Part shown: piece after piece, positions 26,011-37,932 of the stretch | How positions within the stretch are numbered: the stretch's first letter is position 1 | Layout: every line of letters begins with the position of its first letter | Source of the DNA: Vicugna vicugna | Taxonomy: Eukaryota | Assembly (NCBI GenBank): GCA_013265495.1 | Contig: MU058636.1 | Location: forward strand, 8,200,295-8,264,294 | DNA: 64,000 nt | Direction of reading: 5' to 3' | Made by a program: the position numbers and the translations under genes | The notes under the pieces: generated by a model | What the model was told of the DNA's origin: nothing | What the model saw: only the letters and a program-made list of their open reading frames with translations | The model's database searches: none

Positions 26011-26959
26011 ACTTGTAGCGGAATGGAAAAGCCCTGTCCCATAGAATGAGGATGATAAGACACCCTGGTCCTCTGTGTTCCAACTAGGTGAGGCACCAGG
26101 GAGTCATTCAGAAGGCAGAGAAACTGTGAAAACTGACTGAAAGCAAAGTCACACCCCATTGTGCAATCAGGGTGACATGAAGTTGACATGATCAGAAGCA
26201 GGACTTTGTCTTCTGGAATCAAGCATCTCATGAGTAAAACCATAAAATGAGGGAAACTGTTACTTTTGCACAGCCAACTAACTTTTGTCTTTGTTTTTCT
26301 TTCCTAAAGTCTTTTGAAGTACAGTCTTACTGTCTCCTCTTAAAGCTGGATCAAATACTTGCCTTATTGAATGATGCTCTAAGTATAAGATTATTGAGTG
26401 GTTTAGCTCAAAACAGTCTTTTTATGAGTGTAGAATTCAGGCAGAACTGGAATATATCTGTACCTCTTTGATTTGAGTTAGAGATAAGGACTTTTAGTAT
26501 AATGAGAGTCTTAGTGCACATTTAACAACCTCATTACTCAGTACAAAAATTTACTGTGTACATGTCAAGTTGAATTATTAAGCTTATGAAATTGAGTTAG
26601 AAATTAAAATTTCATTTAAAAATGAACTAGGACTATAGTTATTAATAAATCGAGCATAAATGCTGAATTATGTCAATGACATTTCAAAGCTGGATATGTA
26701 TCTTGAAAATATTTAGTTGTAACGTCCTCAGGTTGCAAGGATTCCTGGGAAGGCTATTCCTGCCTTTGGGCAGCTCTGTCCTTAACTAGTTCCAGTAGGA
26801 TATTAACATTTGTCTGTTTCTCTGAGGCAGTTTAAACTTTTGACATTTTCACTCCCTTGATTGAAATTTTGCTAAATTACTAAACCTAGCAGAAATTCGT
26901 TCCACCTACTCCATGAAATAGTCTCATTCTGAATTATATAATATCAGTTTGAAAATGAC

Positions 26960-27195
26960 ATTATTCATTCATGATGTGGTTAAGAAAGCAGGCTTCAAAG
27001 TCAGATGGCTAGTATTCAAATTCTAGCTCTACCATTGACTAGTTTACCTAATCCAGGCAAGTTTCTTAACCTCTCACAGATTCTTTTTTTTTCCATCTGT
27101 AAATCAGGAATAATAATTAGATTAATTAAAATAACACATGTGAAATAGCATAATGGGTGGCACAGATAAATTAGTCAATAAATATTAGGTATTAT
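26960..27195 (+). mobile_element. MIR SINE
   Basis: 'gtggttaagaaagcaggcttc...ttcaaattctagctctaccattgactag...ggcaagtttcttaacctctc...catctgtaaa'. Confidence 0.8.
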
Positions 27196-27209
27196 TATTT
27201 TTGTATGTA

Positions 27210-27500
27210 GTCATCTATTCATTGATTCCTTCAGCCTATACTTATTGCATCCTAGAGGTGAGGTGCTTGGAAATCAGAGATGAAGACTTTACCCCAGTCA
27301 CCAAGAACTCACTGTCTAATTGGAGGTAGAATCAAGTGAAGAAATGAATACAATTCAATAAGACAGAGAATATTATGAGCCAGTCAGCAGGGGTGGGAAG
27401 TGGAGGCCATGATTACTCAGAGGTGATATCTGGATTGAGGTTTAAAGGATAAGTGAGATTTATAGGGCAGTAAGTAAGAGTGTTTCAAGGAGAGGAAATA
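27210..27500 (-). mobile_element. L2 fragment
   Basis: 'tcatctattcattgattccttcagc...aagaactcactgtctaattggag...gaggtttaaaggataagtgag'. Confidence 0.6.
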
Positions 27501-28416
27501 GGATTAGTGACTATAAATATAACCAACATAACTCATCCATGTAAAATCTTGTCTTAAAGTTTATTGATAGCATTTGTAGGATTCTTTGGTGTTTTATTTG
27601 TCAGTCTCTGTCTCTCACTCTCCTATGTTTAACCTGAATCCTACTGGACCATGGGCTTCTTGAGATGGAATAGTCTCATCTAATACAATGGCTGACACAT
27701 AGTTGGCAATAATAGGTGTTTATTGAATTAAATGGAATCTCAGGAGGGAAAGTCTTTTGGAGGTAAAAGTATAAACCAGAAGTTCTAATCCGAGGAAAGT
27801 TTAGCAAGGAGAAGATTAATTACAAATATATAGCGTGTTGCAGTGGGGAGGTAACTCAAATTCAGTTAAAATAAATCCAGCAACTTTCTGACTCTTTGAG
27901 GCAAGGCAATTAAAATACATTTTTTCAAATATCAGACAACTTTAAATACAAGTACGAAAAGCCTTTTAAAAGTAATTCGAAGTATTTCCAGTATTTCATT
28001 TGCTTCTGTTTATTAGTGTAAATAATTGAGAAATACATATAGTCTCATCAATTTGAGAATGAAAATAAATATAAGACAAGAGCATAATTTAAAACATTTA
28101 AAAAAAAGTCTAATTTATTGAGTGTTAAAAGACAGTCACATTTAGGAATGACAACATAAGAAGCTTTGCAAACACTGTTGTAGAACAAAAATGCTTCATC
28201 ACTGAGAAACAGTTTTCAATGTCTGTGTATTTTCTGAACAGCGCAGAGCCTAAATAGATAAATCTTAAGTGAGAAATTAGGAACATTTGGCTCTATTGAC
28301 TATGAAGTTCTGAAGCAGCAAATTGATCTTGAAAGGAAATTTTCAGACTTTGATTTTCTCGCTTCAGAGAATTTGTGCTTATCTTTTTATCTTTGGGATC
28401 AATCTACAACCTCCGT

Positions 28417-28430
28417 GTAACCATAGCAAC
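28417..28430. promoter_or_regulatory. RFX X-box motif
   Basis: GTAACCATAGCAAC matches the X-box consensus GTNRCC-N0-3-RGYAAC; lies in apparently unique sequence. Confidence 0.5.
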
Positions 28431-28599
28431 AACTGAAACAACATTTTCAATTACTTTTGTGGCCTTCATGATCATTCGGTTGTATAGACTGTGATCATTC
28501 AGAAAGTAAACTAAAAAAGGAGAATAGAATGGGCAGTTGGGGGCCTGCATTTCTTATGTGGTCATTGTCAGTGGCAAATAAGATGATTAAGTCAATTTT

Positions 28600-28800
28600 A
28601 CTGCTCTCCTCAGCTTGACCAAACTTTAGGTAGGTTCTTTCTGGGTCTAGGCCCTGGCCTCCTTTTTCTTAGATCACTTACTTAGGAAGAACTTGTCAAT
28701 TCATTCTCTGCCCCTTTGAGATATATGTAAATCATTAAAAACCCTTTTGCCAGTTTTACAACCAAGGGGTGTCCTTTCTCAAGGACCTGGGAGCTCTCAC
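28600..28800 (+). mobile_element. ERV1 LTR fragment (MER31/MER90 group)
   Basis: 'cttgaccaaactttag...tctctgcccctttgagat...tttctcaaggacctgggagc'. Confidence 0.6.
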
Positions 28801-31239
28801 CTATGGCCCTTTAAGAGCAGAATAAATGAATTCTTATTTATGATAGTAAAGCAAAGCCAGATTTAAAAATCTTCCCCCTTGAAAATCTAATGGTATAAAT
28901 GAAAATCACTAGGAAAAACAAGAGTCTGCCACAAAAGTGCTAGCATGAATTAAACAATGCAAAGGAAGAAGCTAATGGAAGAACAAGCAAAATTTCCAGG
29001 AGTTAGCATGGCATTACTTGGAGCAGCTTTGAGCAGCTCCTAACTTCCCTTGAGAGAACCGCTGGCAGTGAAGGTCAGGGTGGAGATGGAAGTGAGACAA
29101 GGGCTGTGGATGCACACAAGCCTGAAATGGCTAATGCATCATGTAGTGGTGGCGGAAGGAGAGACGGAGAGATGTGGGCAGACGTGGGAGAAGATGTGGA
29201 AATGCACTGGAGATGCAAAACCTCTTTCCTGCCTTTGTGCTTGGTCAGGGAAAATGAATATACCATATTTGGAGGCTGCTGTTGAACAAAAGAGGAGGAA
29301 GGAAGCCGAAGGATCCTAAAAATACTAAATACCCATTAATACAGAGACAAACAGAAAAGGGGCAGGGGGAACAGCAGGCAGAAGAGGAGATCTAAGACTA
29401 GATCTTCTGAGGGAGGCAGGGAAAGAGATGGGCTAAGAGCATCTGGTAACATTCCCTTCACCAAACTGTGGGCTCTTAACACGGGGACCAAAAAACAAGA
29501 CAAAAAGACAATAAAACCACTTTTCTCTCTTCTTCTTTTGGAGAATAAAAGTAACTAGTGTAAAAGGAAAGGTAAAATGCCACAAGGGAAAAATTCAGGC
29601 TGGCCTTGCTACAACGAAGTCTCTGGGGACTCACACTGAATTGGAAGAATTATTTTAATTTCAAATTATCCACACTGGATTAAGATAAATTTAAGATTAG
29701 GGCACAGAATATTTAACAAAATCCCTGGAAACACAGAAGAGGCCAGTCTTGCTGCCAAAGATTGCTCACAGTCCCAGCTGAAACTTAACTCTTCTCCAAC
29801 CCCAGGTCATGAGGAATGAAGCTACAGTAAATAGAACTGTGGACGTGTAGTGTGAGAAGGGATTCAAGAAGAGTTCATTTAGAGTCTATCAAATCAAACA
29901 GCAGATGGTGACTCAGTTGCTCAGTCACCCTTCTTGCCTGAGCAACATACAAATAAAACAAAAAATAGTATGTCAGCCTAGGGTCTATGTAATAAATTCC
30001 AATAAATATTTTAGGGAAACAGTGAGGGGAAAAGAGAAGAAAATCATTGAAGACAAGATACATTAAAAAATTATTTTAAAAGTAATCATGACCCAGGGAA
30101 AAGAAGAAACATCTCCATGAAAGCTTCTGATTATTAAAGAATTTGCAGAAAATATGGATTTGACAAGATAACCTCAAAGATAAGACTGTGAAAGATGACA
30201 TGAGTGGGGCCATTTAAAATAGAGCTGTTTTCCTTAATTAAAAGGAAAACTGCCTCTGTAGATTGAAAGGAATACTCTGTTCTAGGAAAAATTGATTACC
30301 TTAGGAGATCTACTTATATGGACTCTAAACCAGTAAGCCCTCATGATGGTTAAATATAATTTTGAAAATATATTTTCTCTTCTGCCTTTTGATTGCTGAT
30401 ACATTTAATTTGAAGAGAACATAACAAAACGAACCCTTCAAAAACATATTTATGATTGATATTTAGGACACCCTGGATTTTCCAAAAACATTAGAATTTG
30501 AGCTGGTTAATTATTGAGGAGGAAATCACCAATGAAATGTTAAATTATCAGCTAATATTTGATGTGTAGATTTAATGACCATATTTTCTGGACCCAAACT
30601 GAGACACATGGTCTCACAAATATGTACGCAATTTTTTTTTTTTTACTATTTTGTTTGGTCTTTAAGGATTGCTAAATCATTTTAGAAAGAGATTTATGTA
30701 GAAGTTGAGAAACTGTGGCGTTTAGGAATTCAAAGACAAGTAAATCATTGACAAATTCAGTCATTCAAAACCCTTTGCTTGATGCTTACTATGTACAAGT
30801 GTTTGCATCAGAATCTCTTCCACTAGGGATCTCATCATTTAAAAAGAGATGCAAATCAATAGAGGCAGGTGCAACATCTTTATGATTAGGCAGCATAGTG
30901 TGATGTGAGTGCATAGCTCTGTGGGGCCAGAATATGCTTTCTCCTGGAGGAGCTGACTGCCAAGTTCAATCTTACTCGAGACTCTTTTCATTATTCCACG
31001 CGGCCTCCTTTAAAACCTATCTTTAAAAGTTATCTACAGAGTTAATATTTAACGGAGGAATTGCCTTTCTAAAACTGTCGGTGAATGTCTGTATACCTCC
31101 AAAATAACAGACTTCCACATATTTTACGAATAAACTCTAACTTAGAGTTCTCTATGTGTAAGACAAGTCTTTCTTCTCCTTCGTCCCAATGAGGCATACA
31201 ATTAAGAAATTATTTTTTTCTTTTTTTGCTGAAGATAGC

Positions 31240-31510
31240 CCTACTCATCCCAGAGAACAAACAGTTCCCTCCTTACTGCTCCCACAGCCAATTGTTCATC
31301 ATACTTATATTGTGCTTATAAATTATATTTAATTATTTATGCACATGTCTTGACTCATCCTCCCAATACCTTCATCCACCAAATACTGTGAATGCTTCCA
31401 AGGAAAGGAAGACACCATATTTAATTTTGCATCGTATCACCTAGTAGCGAGCCTGGCATATAATCAACTCAGTAAAAGTTTGTTAGTGAACTATTGAAAG
31501 ATTGAATGAA
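31240..31510 (+). mobile_element. L2 3' end
   Basis: 'actgtgaatgcttccaaggaaagg...cacctagtagcgagcctggcatataatcaactcagtaaaagtttgtt'. Confidence 0.65.
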
Positions 31511-32976
31511 TAGTAACAAAATGTAGAAACTGGAAGTTACCAAACATACACCAAAGTGAGTGTGAGCCACACCATTCTGAAAAAAATCTTCGAAGTTGAT
31601 TATTCATGGACAAGTTTCATGATTCTGGAATTCCCTGACTCACTTTGATAATATGAAAGAAGGAAGTTAGACTGTGGATGGAACTACAGTACTATCAATG
31701 ACAGGCCAAAAGGGGAGGCACCTGGCCCCAGAAGACTGCCTAGGATGGCGAAGGATGAGGAGACTCCACACTTGAGAGCTGATATGGGGAAAATGGCCAG
31801 TGGGAGAAGAAACACAGCTCGTATCAAGGGGTCTGTGGTCAGACAGACCCACCAGAGGGCCTCACAGTGGCTCACAGAGGATCCCATAGGAGAGAGCGTG
31901 AATGTTTGACACAGAACAGGCCCAGAGAGTCCAGTGTTAATCCCAGGACCACCCACTCACTCAGTAGGAACTTTTCTATCCTATTCCCTTCCCTGTCTTC
32001 CCGTTCACTGGCTGAGCAGAGGCTGCCAAAGACTCATGAGGAGGTGAGCCGAGAAGGAGAAGAGAAACCAACAATATCATCACCTTTGTCTCAATCAGAC
32101 ACTCTGCCAATAAAAGCCTTAGGTGGACAGGAGAGTGTCCTGCCTTTCAATAAACATTAGAGTGTTTGTTGATTACTATGTTGGACCAAACAGGTTGTAT
32201 TTCTGTAACACTTTCAAGTGACCAGAGAATTACTTCCTGAATAAAGTGAGAAGAAAATCATGGAGTCTGGTGACCTTTTTCCAGTGGCACGGAAAATATT
32301 TTCCCCATTGAAGATGGAAGACCAAGAAAGTTGTATTTTCATTATATCTCAAGTTGTTCTTGTTCAGTGTAATATAATGTTTAACACTTATCTCAGTAAG
32401 TTTTCTGTCTTCCCTCCTCTTCTCTCCATTTGGCCAAAGCTTCAATGAAGAGATTATGTGTATCTGATCCTGTTTCTGTTGAGAAGGGAAATGATAACCT
32501 CTGTTCACTTGTGCTGGTTTGAGCAGGTAGAAAACCCAGAGGATCCATCTGAGTGATTAGATATGGTAACAGGAGGCCAACTTTCCTAAAGGCGAGGCAG
32601 GCGAAGAAGGAAGAGGCTGTTTATGAATCTACTATATGTTTTCCATAGCTCTCTGAGTCTTAGATAGGCTCTGAGATAAACTTTCAATCTCAGGTTTGGA
32701 GCATAGCTTCAACAACATCTTTGAAATGAAGGTCAGAGCCCAGGAGGGCAGAGTGCTGGGCAATCATATTTTCCCTCAAGCTTCTTTTATAACTTTAATT
32801 TGTAGACAAACTGTCTGCTCCAAAATTAAAATAGCAAAATGTTTTGGGGGAAAAGCAGGTGTATACTAAGCCAACGGTAAGGCAGAGCACGTGTTGCCCT
32901 GGGAATGCCAGCAGGCTCATGTTCCAGCAGCCTTGCTGATTTTATCTGATGCCAATTTCTAGCCTTTATTTTTCAG

Positions 32977-33075
32977 GCTTGGAAATGTGATCTTGGCAAC
33001 ACCAAGATCAGATCCATTTCACGGGAGGAGATTCTCAGAAACCAAGTTCAAAAGACTGATATCTAAAGCCAAATG
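32977..33075 (+). other. Candidate internal exon (99 nt)
   Basis: Acceptor 'cctttatttttcag|', donor 'ATG|gtaatt'; one frame open (LGNVILATPRSDPFHGRRFSETKFKRLISKAK). Peptide not recognised. Confidence 0.3.
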
Positions 33076-36000
33076 GTAATTTGATAATTCACGAGAAAAG
33101 AAAAAAAATTTCATGGGGGATGGAATACTTCCTTGTACTGGCACCAGTGCTCTTCCTCCCTGTGGTCAGGCAACCTGGGTAATAAAATCATCTCTGCTGT
33201 CATAACTGTTGCCTTCTTTATATTTCTACAGTCAGAATATTTAAAATTCAATGTGATTAAAAAGTCATTTTGATATAGTTTAGCTTCATTTGTTTCTATT
33301 TGTAAAATCTTATTTTAAAAGGGGAAATAAGTCTAAATGTTTTGAGCAAAGGAAGGGAATTTTATAAAAATGTTTTATGCTTTTATATTTTATAAGAAAC
33401 CCCAGTGTTTAAAAGATTTATTGAAGGCATGAAGAAAGAAAAAGAATGAATGTAAGCTTTATACTATTTTCCATTGTCAATGAACAGGGTACTAATTTTA
33501 GTTCTGTGTTTACCCAAATCATTCTTTCACATTCATCAGGGTTTTTTTTAAGGCTCACACTGAGCCATTAAAATTATAATGAAATGAAAGAAAATAATGG
33601 AACAGAATGTAACACCCAGACATTCTTTAAAATGCCAAAGCTTTCATTTTCAGCTCTTGCGAATTTCGTTAATATCTCAGTGCTACGGGTAGAAGCAGAA
33701 TTCACAAACCAAGGCGAATCAAGCCTTCTAACTCGCAGCCAACTTTTTTGCCTGGTGTGATTTCCATTTTTCCCTGAATTATATTAATGCCAATTCCATT
33801 TGTATACACTTCTTCTTTCAAATAGCACAGTTTTAAGCTTGCAGCTCTAAAAGTGGGAAGGATAAACAAAAACTTAGAAAAAGATTCTTCAATATAGCCT
33901 TTGTGTTGGGTTGTGCTCCTGCCTTCTAATTAGTCTGTTGCCCAAAGGTGGAAATGTTGGGGGTATTTCCTGAGCCCTGCAGGGTCTCTGATTTGCTTTA
34001 TCTCAGGTTAGGCAAGCAACAGACCCCCTACCTTCTGTGGATCTCACAGACTGAGACAGGCAGTAGCACCAGCTGGTCTCCACAAGGAGTCTGACTGTTC
34101 GGAGAACTTTCCTCCTACTTAGCTCAGTTTTCTCTAGAGCAACCTTGGTTCTCAACAATCAGAACAGGACTGGTCCAGAGTGAAGAAGAGGGTGAGAGGT
34201 ACGAAGTATTTAAGGATGACAGGGAGAAAAAGAAAGGATGGAAAAAGAAAGAAGTACTGATGAGGAATTTATCTCATCCCTGACTCCCTTCCTGAAATTA
34301 ATAATTCTTCTAATTCTTTAAAAAAATACATATTTTTTGAGCTGACAGCTGTCTTCTATGAGCAAGATATAAGTGCTAACCACTTTCTTCTAGGCTCCTA
34401 AACACAAATTGCTTTTGGATGTACATTATGGGGTACATAAGCACATTTTAAATTTCTTTATTTTTTTCTCTTAAACGCACTTCAGATATGTGGCAAATAA
34501 GGGTGAGGAATTAAAAATAATTATTTCTGTGAAACTAGAACTAAAACTAATAATAAGGCCAAATGTAGAGGTTTTTTTGGGGGGAGGGGTTAAAAGAAAT
34601 TTTTCAACTTGAAAAGTATGAAAACCCGTATAAGAACAGGAAAAAAATTGCTAGGCAAATTCCCAGGTACATTGGATTTATAGAACTTTTAGAATCACAA
34701 GAGGATACCTCTTGATATTATGTACTTTGCTTAAATTCTCATCTGTGAAACATCTTAAATTTATATCATTCACCTCTGTTATTCATTTAAAAATTAACCA
34801 AATCATGAAGGCACTTTATCAAATTGAAGTTGTCTAGGATATAATATAGATTAAAAAATCACTAAAAGAATAATAATATTTTACCATGCCATAACTTGTA
34901 AAAACAAGCAAGTAATGGGTAAAATTTATAACTACTAAACTACTGATTTTCTTTCTTGCCTTTTGCCCTTGTTTGCCATTGTATGCTTTGCTTAAATTTT
35001 CATCTGTAAAAAAATCTGAAATTGGAGGATGACTGAGGAAACAGGGGACCTCTCATCCAAGACAGGATATTGCAATGAGCAACCAGCCTTGCAAGTTAGG
35101 TTATTCTCTTGAGGCGGGCTTTAAAAAGTTCTATTATCTCTCTTTTTGGATGACCAGCAACAAAACCTGGATAATACAGGCCCACAGAATTTCATTTTCA
35201 TGTAGAGATGATATTCCTCTGCCTATGACACCAAAGCCATGGAGCCTCTGCTCAGTGGGAGAGGGAGAAGGTGACACTGACGAAGTAAAACAAAAGGCAG
35301 CCTGCTTTCCACCATGAGAGAATACAGGGTAGAGAAAGAAGGGAAACAAGTCAACCAAGTTGTGGTCCGACTTTCTGCTCTTCTACACTTGCTCTTGTTA
35401 CTTGAGTGGAGGTAACATGGAGAGTGGGGGAAGCTTTCCTCAACCCCCACGCCTTCCACCCTGTTCCCAGACCTCCCCTCCCCACCATAATGTCCACTGA
35501 AGATTCTGGGAAATGATTTCCTATGGGTAGAACCAATTGACTGGATGATAGGGAGTGTCCGAGGTTGAGTTTTCCTCGTCTGCCTTTGGTTCTCCTGAGA
35601 AATAGACGGGTCTTACAGGAGTCAGGCTGTTGACCTTCCTGGCAGTCTCACCTTAGCAGGAACAAGGTGGATAACCAAGGAGTAGAGAGAATAACTTGCA
35701 CAGACTGGGGACAAGTAGTTGTCTTCGCTGACTCTGGAGGCATTCAATGGCGGTGTTCAGTGGGGGCTGAACTTCAGGGGGCATTCAATGGGGGCTGAAG
35801 CTCAGCCTTGTGTGGCTCTCCTCCCACAATAACTGGGTGAGCTATTTTGTGAAGATAAGCGGGAGTTCCTACTCAGATGGTGATGGCGTGGCTAGCTGGC
35901 TAGGATTGTGACAAGAAGGCCATTAGACATCTGAACCATGTCCAAAGCAGCAATTCTTGTCTTGGTCACTTGCCAGCAATTCCCAAGGCAACACCCCATT

Positions 36001-36466
36001 CTTGGACCTTTTCTAACTTGAGGGCTCTTGGCGATCATATTCCATCTTCCATCTGCCCTCCTTTTATTCCTTCCCAAGCTCCCCTACTTCTTCTTTCTCC
36101 CTGGCTTTATTTCCCTAGTCTTTTTCTTTTCTCTCATAACATTGACCTTGATATCTGATCTTGAGGTTCTGTGATCTCTCATTTAAAATTGCTTCCAAAA
36201 ACAGTTGTGATAGGAAACCCAACTTCCCCTCTCTGTAGGTAGAGAGGATTCCTCTTTAGAAGCACAGTGTCTGGTTCTTACTCTCTAGATCTGAGGGTAA
36301 AGTTTCAAATTCCATTGAAGGGAAGGCTGTCCCCTTAAATATTTGTTTTGTTACACTTGGTTGATAGAAAGCTAGGAGGAATCATAAGTTCTTTATAAAT
36401 CTCTTAATAGGATACAATTAAAGGAATTCAAACAGTCCCTATTCTACCATACTCTAAGAAAATGAT

Positions 36467-37482
36467 TGAAGGAGTTCAGGACAGGCCATCCTCAAATATG
36501 ATTCTTTGGCACCTTGATTATTTCAGCTAAAGGCACTTGGAAATCAGCAGGCACAAGAAGGGCTCACTGACCTCCCCTTTTCTTCCTAAAAGCAGAAAAT
36601 GAACCGCCCATGTAAGAGATCCCCTCCCTATATGAGGAGGAAAGAAGCATTCTTATCACCAGAGATGTGGAGTTGAGTCTGAGAGAAATCTGTACAAGCA
36701 GACCTTGGTGAAATCACTCTTATCTTCCTTTTGTCTACCCATACATTTTAGTTACTTTTCTACAACTGCTACTATTTTTTGAATCTGGCATATAAGCACT
36801 TAGCCTACCTGTTACAGAGTCCAAGCTCATACGTACTCCTTGCCTCATGATGACCAGGTGTTGGGGCAAGGAATAGCGACTTTATTTGGAAAGCCAGCAG
36901 AAGATGGTGAACCAGTGTCCCAAAAGAACCATCTTACCTGAGTTAGAATTCAGGCTTCTTTTATACTAAGAGGGGAGGAGGTATGACTGATTGTTGCTAA
37001 CTTCTTGGTGCCAGAATCCTTTGTTCTTGCAGCTGTTCATATAGGTCTGGTCACAATGTTCCTATAAACCTCCAAGACCATTGTCATTTTCTGTTCTGCA
37101 ACTTTTTATCTCTATATAAATGGAAAAGTCTTACACCTTTAAAAAGTCCAGAGCTTTGAGACTGTGCTGTCATGTATATTTCAGGCTGTAGGCCACATTA
37201 TTTTACAAAAGTGCAGACCCAGCATGACTCAGCACAGGCAACGGAGCAGAGGATTAGCGCTAAGGGAATAGATCCAATATGGAGTCAGGTTTTTCTTCTC
37301 CGTTACATAGCCACTTCTTTGGGTCTTCATTTTTCTTGTGAAGACTCATGTGAATTTTCCCATGTGAAAATTACTAAATAAAATTTGTAGGCTTTTCTTC
37401 TGTTAACGTCTAATGTCAGTTTAATTTTTAGGCCCAGCTGAAAACCCTTAGAAGGTAGAGGAGAAATTTTTCCTCCCCTACA
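36467..37482 (+). mobile_element. MER34-family ERV1 solo LTR split by a MER41-type LTR
   Basis: Starts 'tgaaggagttcaggacaggccatcctcaaatatg', ends 'gaggagaaatttttcctcccctaca'; AATAAA near 37377. Confidence 0.75.
36810..37307 (-). mobile_element. Second MER41-type ERV1 solo LTR (different subfamily)
   Basis: TG...CA ends ('tgttacagagtccaagctc' ... 'gatccaatatggagtcaggtttttcttctccgttaca'); shares termini with 13284-13796; TSD tacc/tagc. Confidence 0.8.
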
Positions 37483-37543
37483 GTAGAACAATCCTAGGTA
37501 GAGGAAAGGAGTTTGGAGTCAGATGGTTTGTAGTTCAAATCTT

Positions 37544-37578
37544 TTATTTTTACTTTTATTTTATTAAACATTTTTTTG

Positions 37579-37609
<31 letters not shown>

Positions 37610-37932
37610 TGAAGTATAGTCAGTTTACAATGTTGTGTCAATTTCTGCTATACAGCATAGTGCTTTAGTCATACATGAACATACATGTAATTCATATTCA
37701 TATTCTTTTTCACCATAAGTTATGAGATACTGAGTATATTTCCCTGTACTATACAGTATGAAACTGTTGTTTATCTATTATATGTATATTAGTTAGTATC
37801 TGCAAATCTCAAACTCCCAATTTGTCCCTTCCCACCCACTTCCCTGCCGGTAACCATAAGTTTATTTTCTATGTCTGTAATTCTGTTTCTGATTTGTAAA
37901 AAAGTTCATTTGTTTTTTTTCTTTAGAAGGAA
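37544..37932 (-). mobile_element. Young 5'-truncated L1 inserted in a MIR; tail contains (TA)n
   Basis: 'tttattgaagtatagtcagtttacaatgttgtgtcaatttctg'; TSD ttcaaatctt at 37534-37543 and 37933-37942. Confidence 0.9.

Noticed and set aside
28870..30300. Purine-rich stretch with an 89-aa ORF
   Set aside because: Resembles a very old L1/HAL1 5'/ORF1 remnant; too degraded to call confidently and shows no coding signal.
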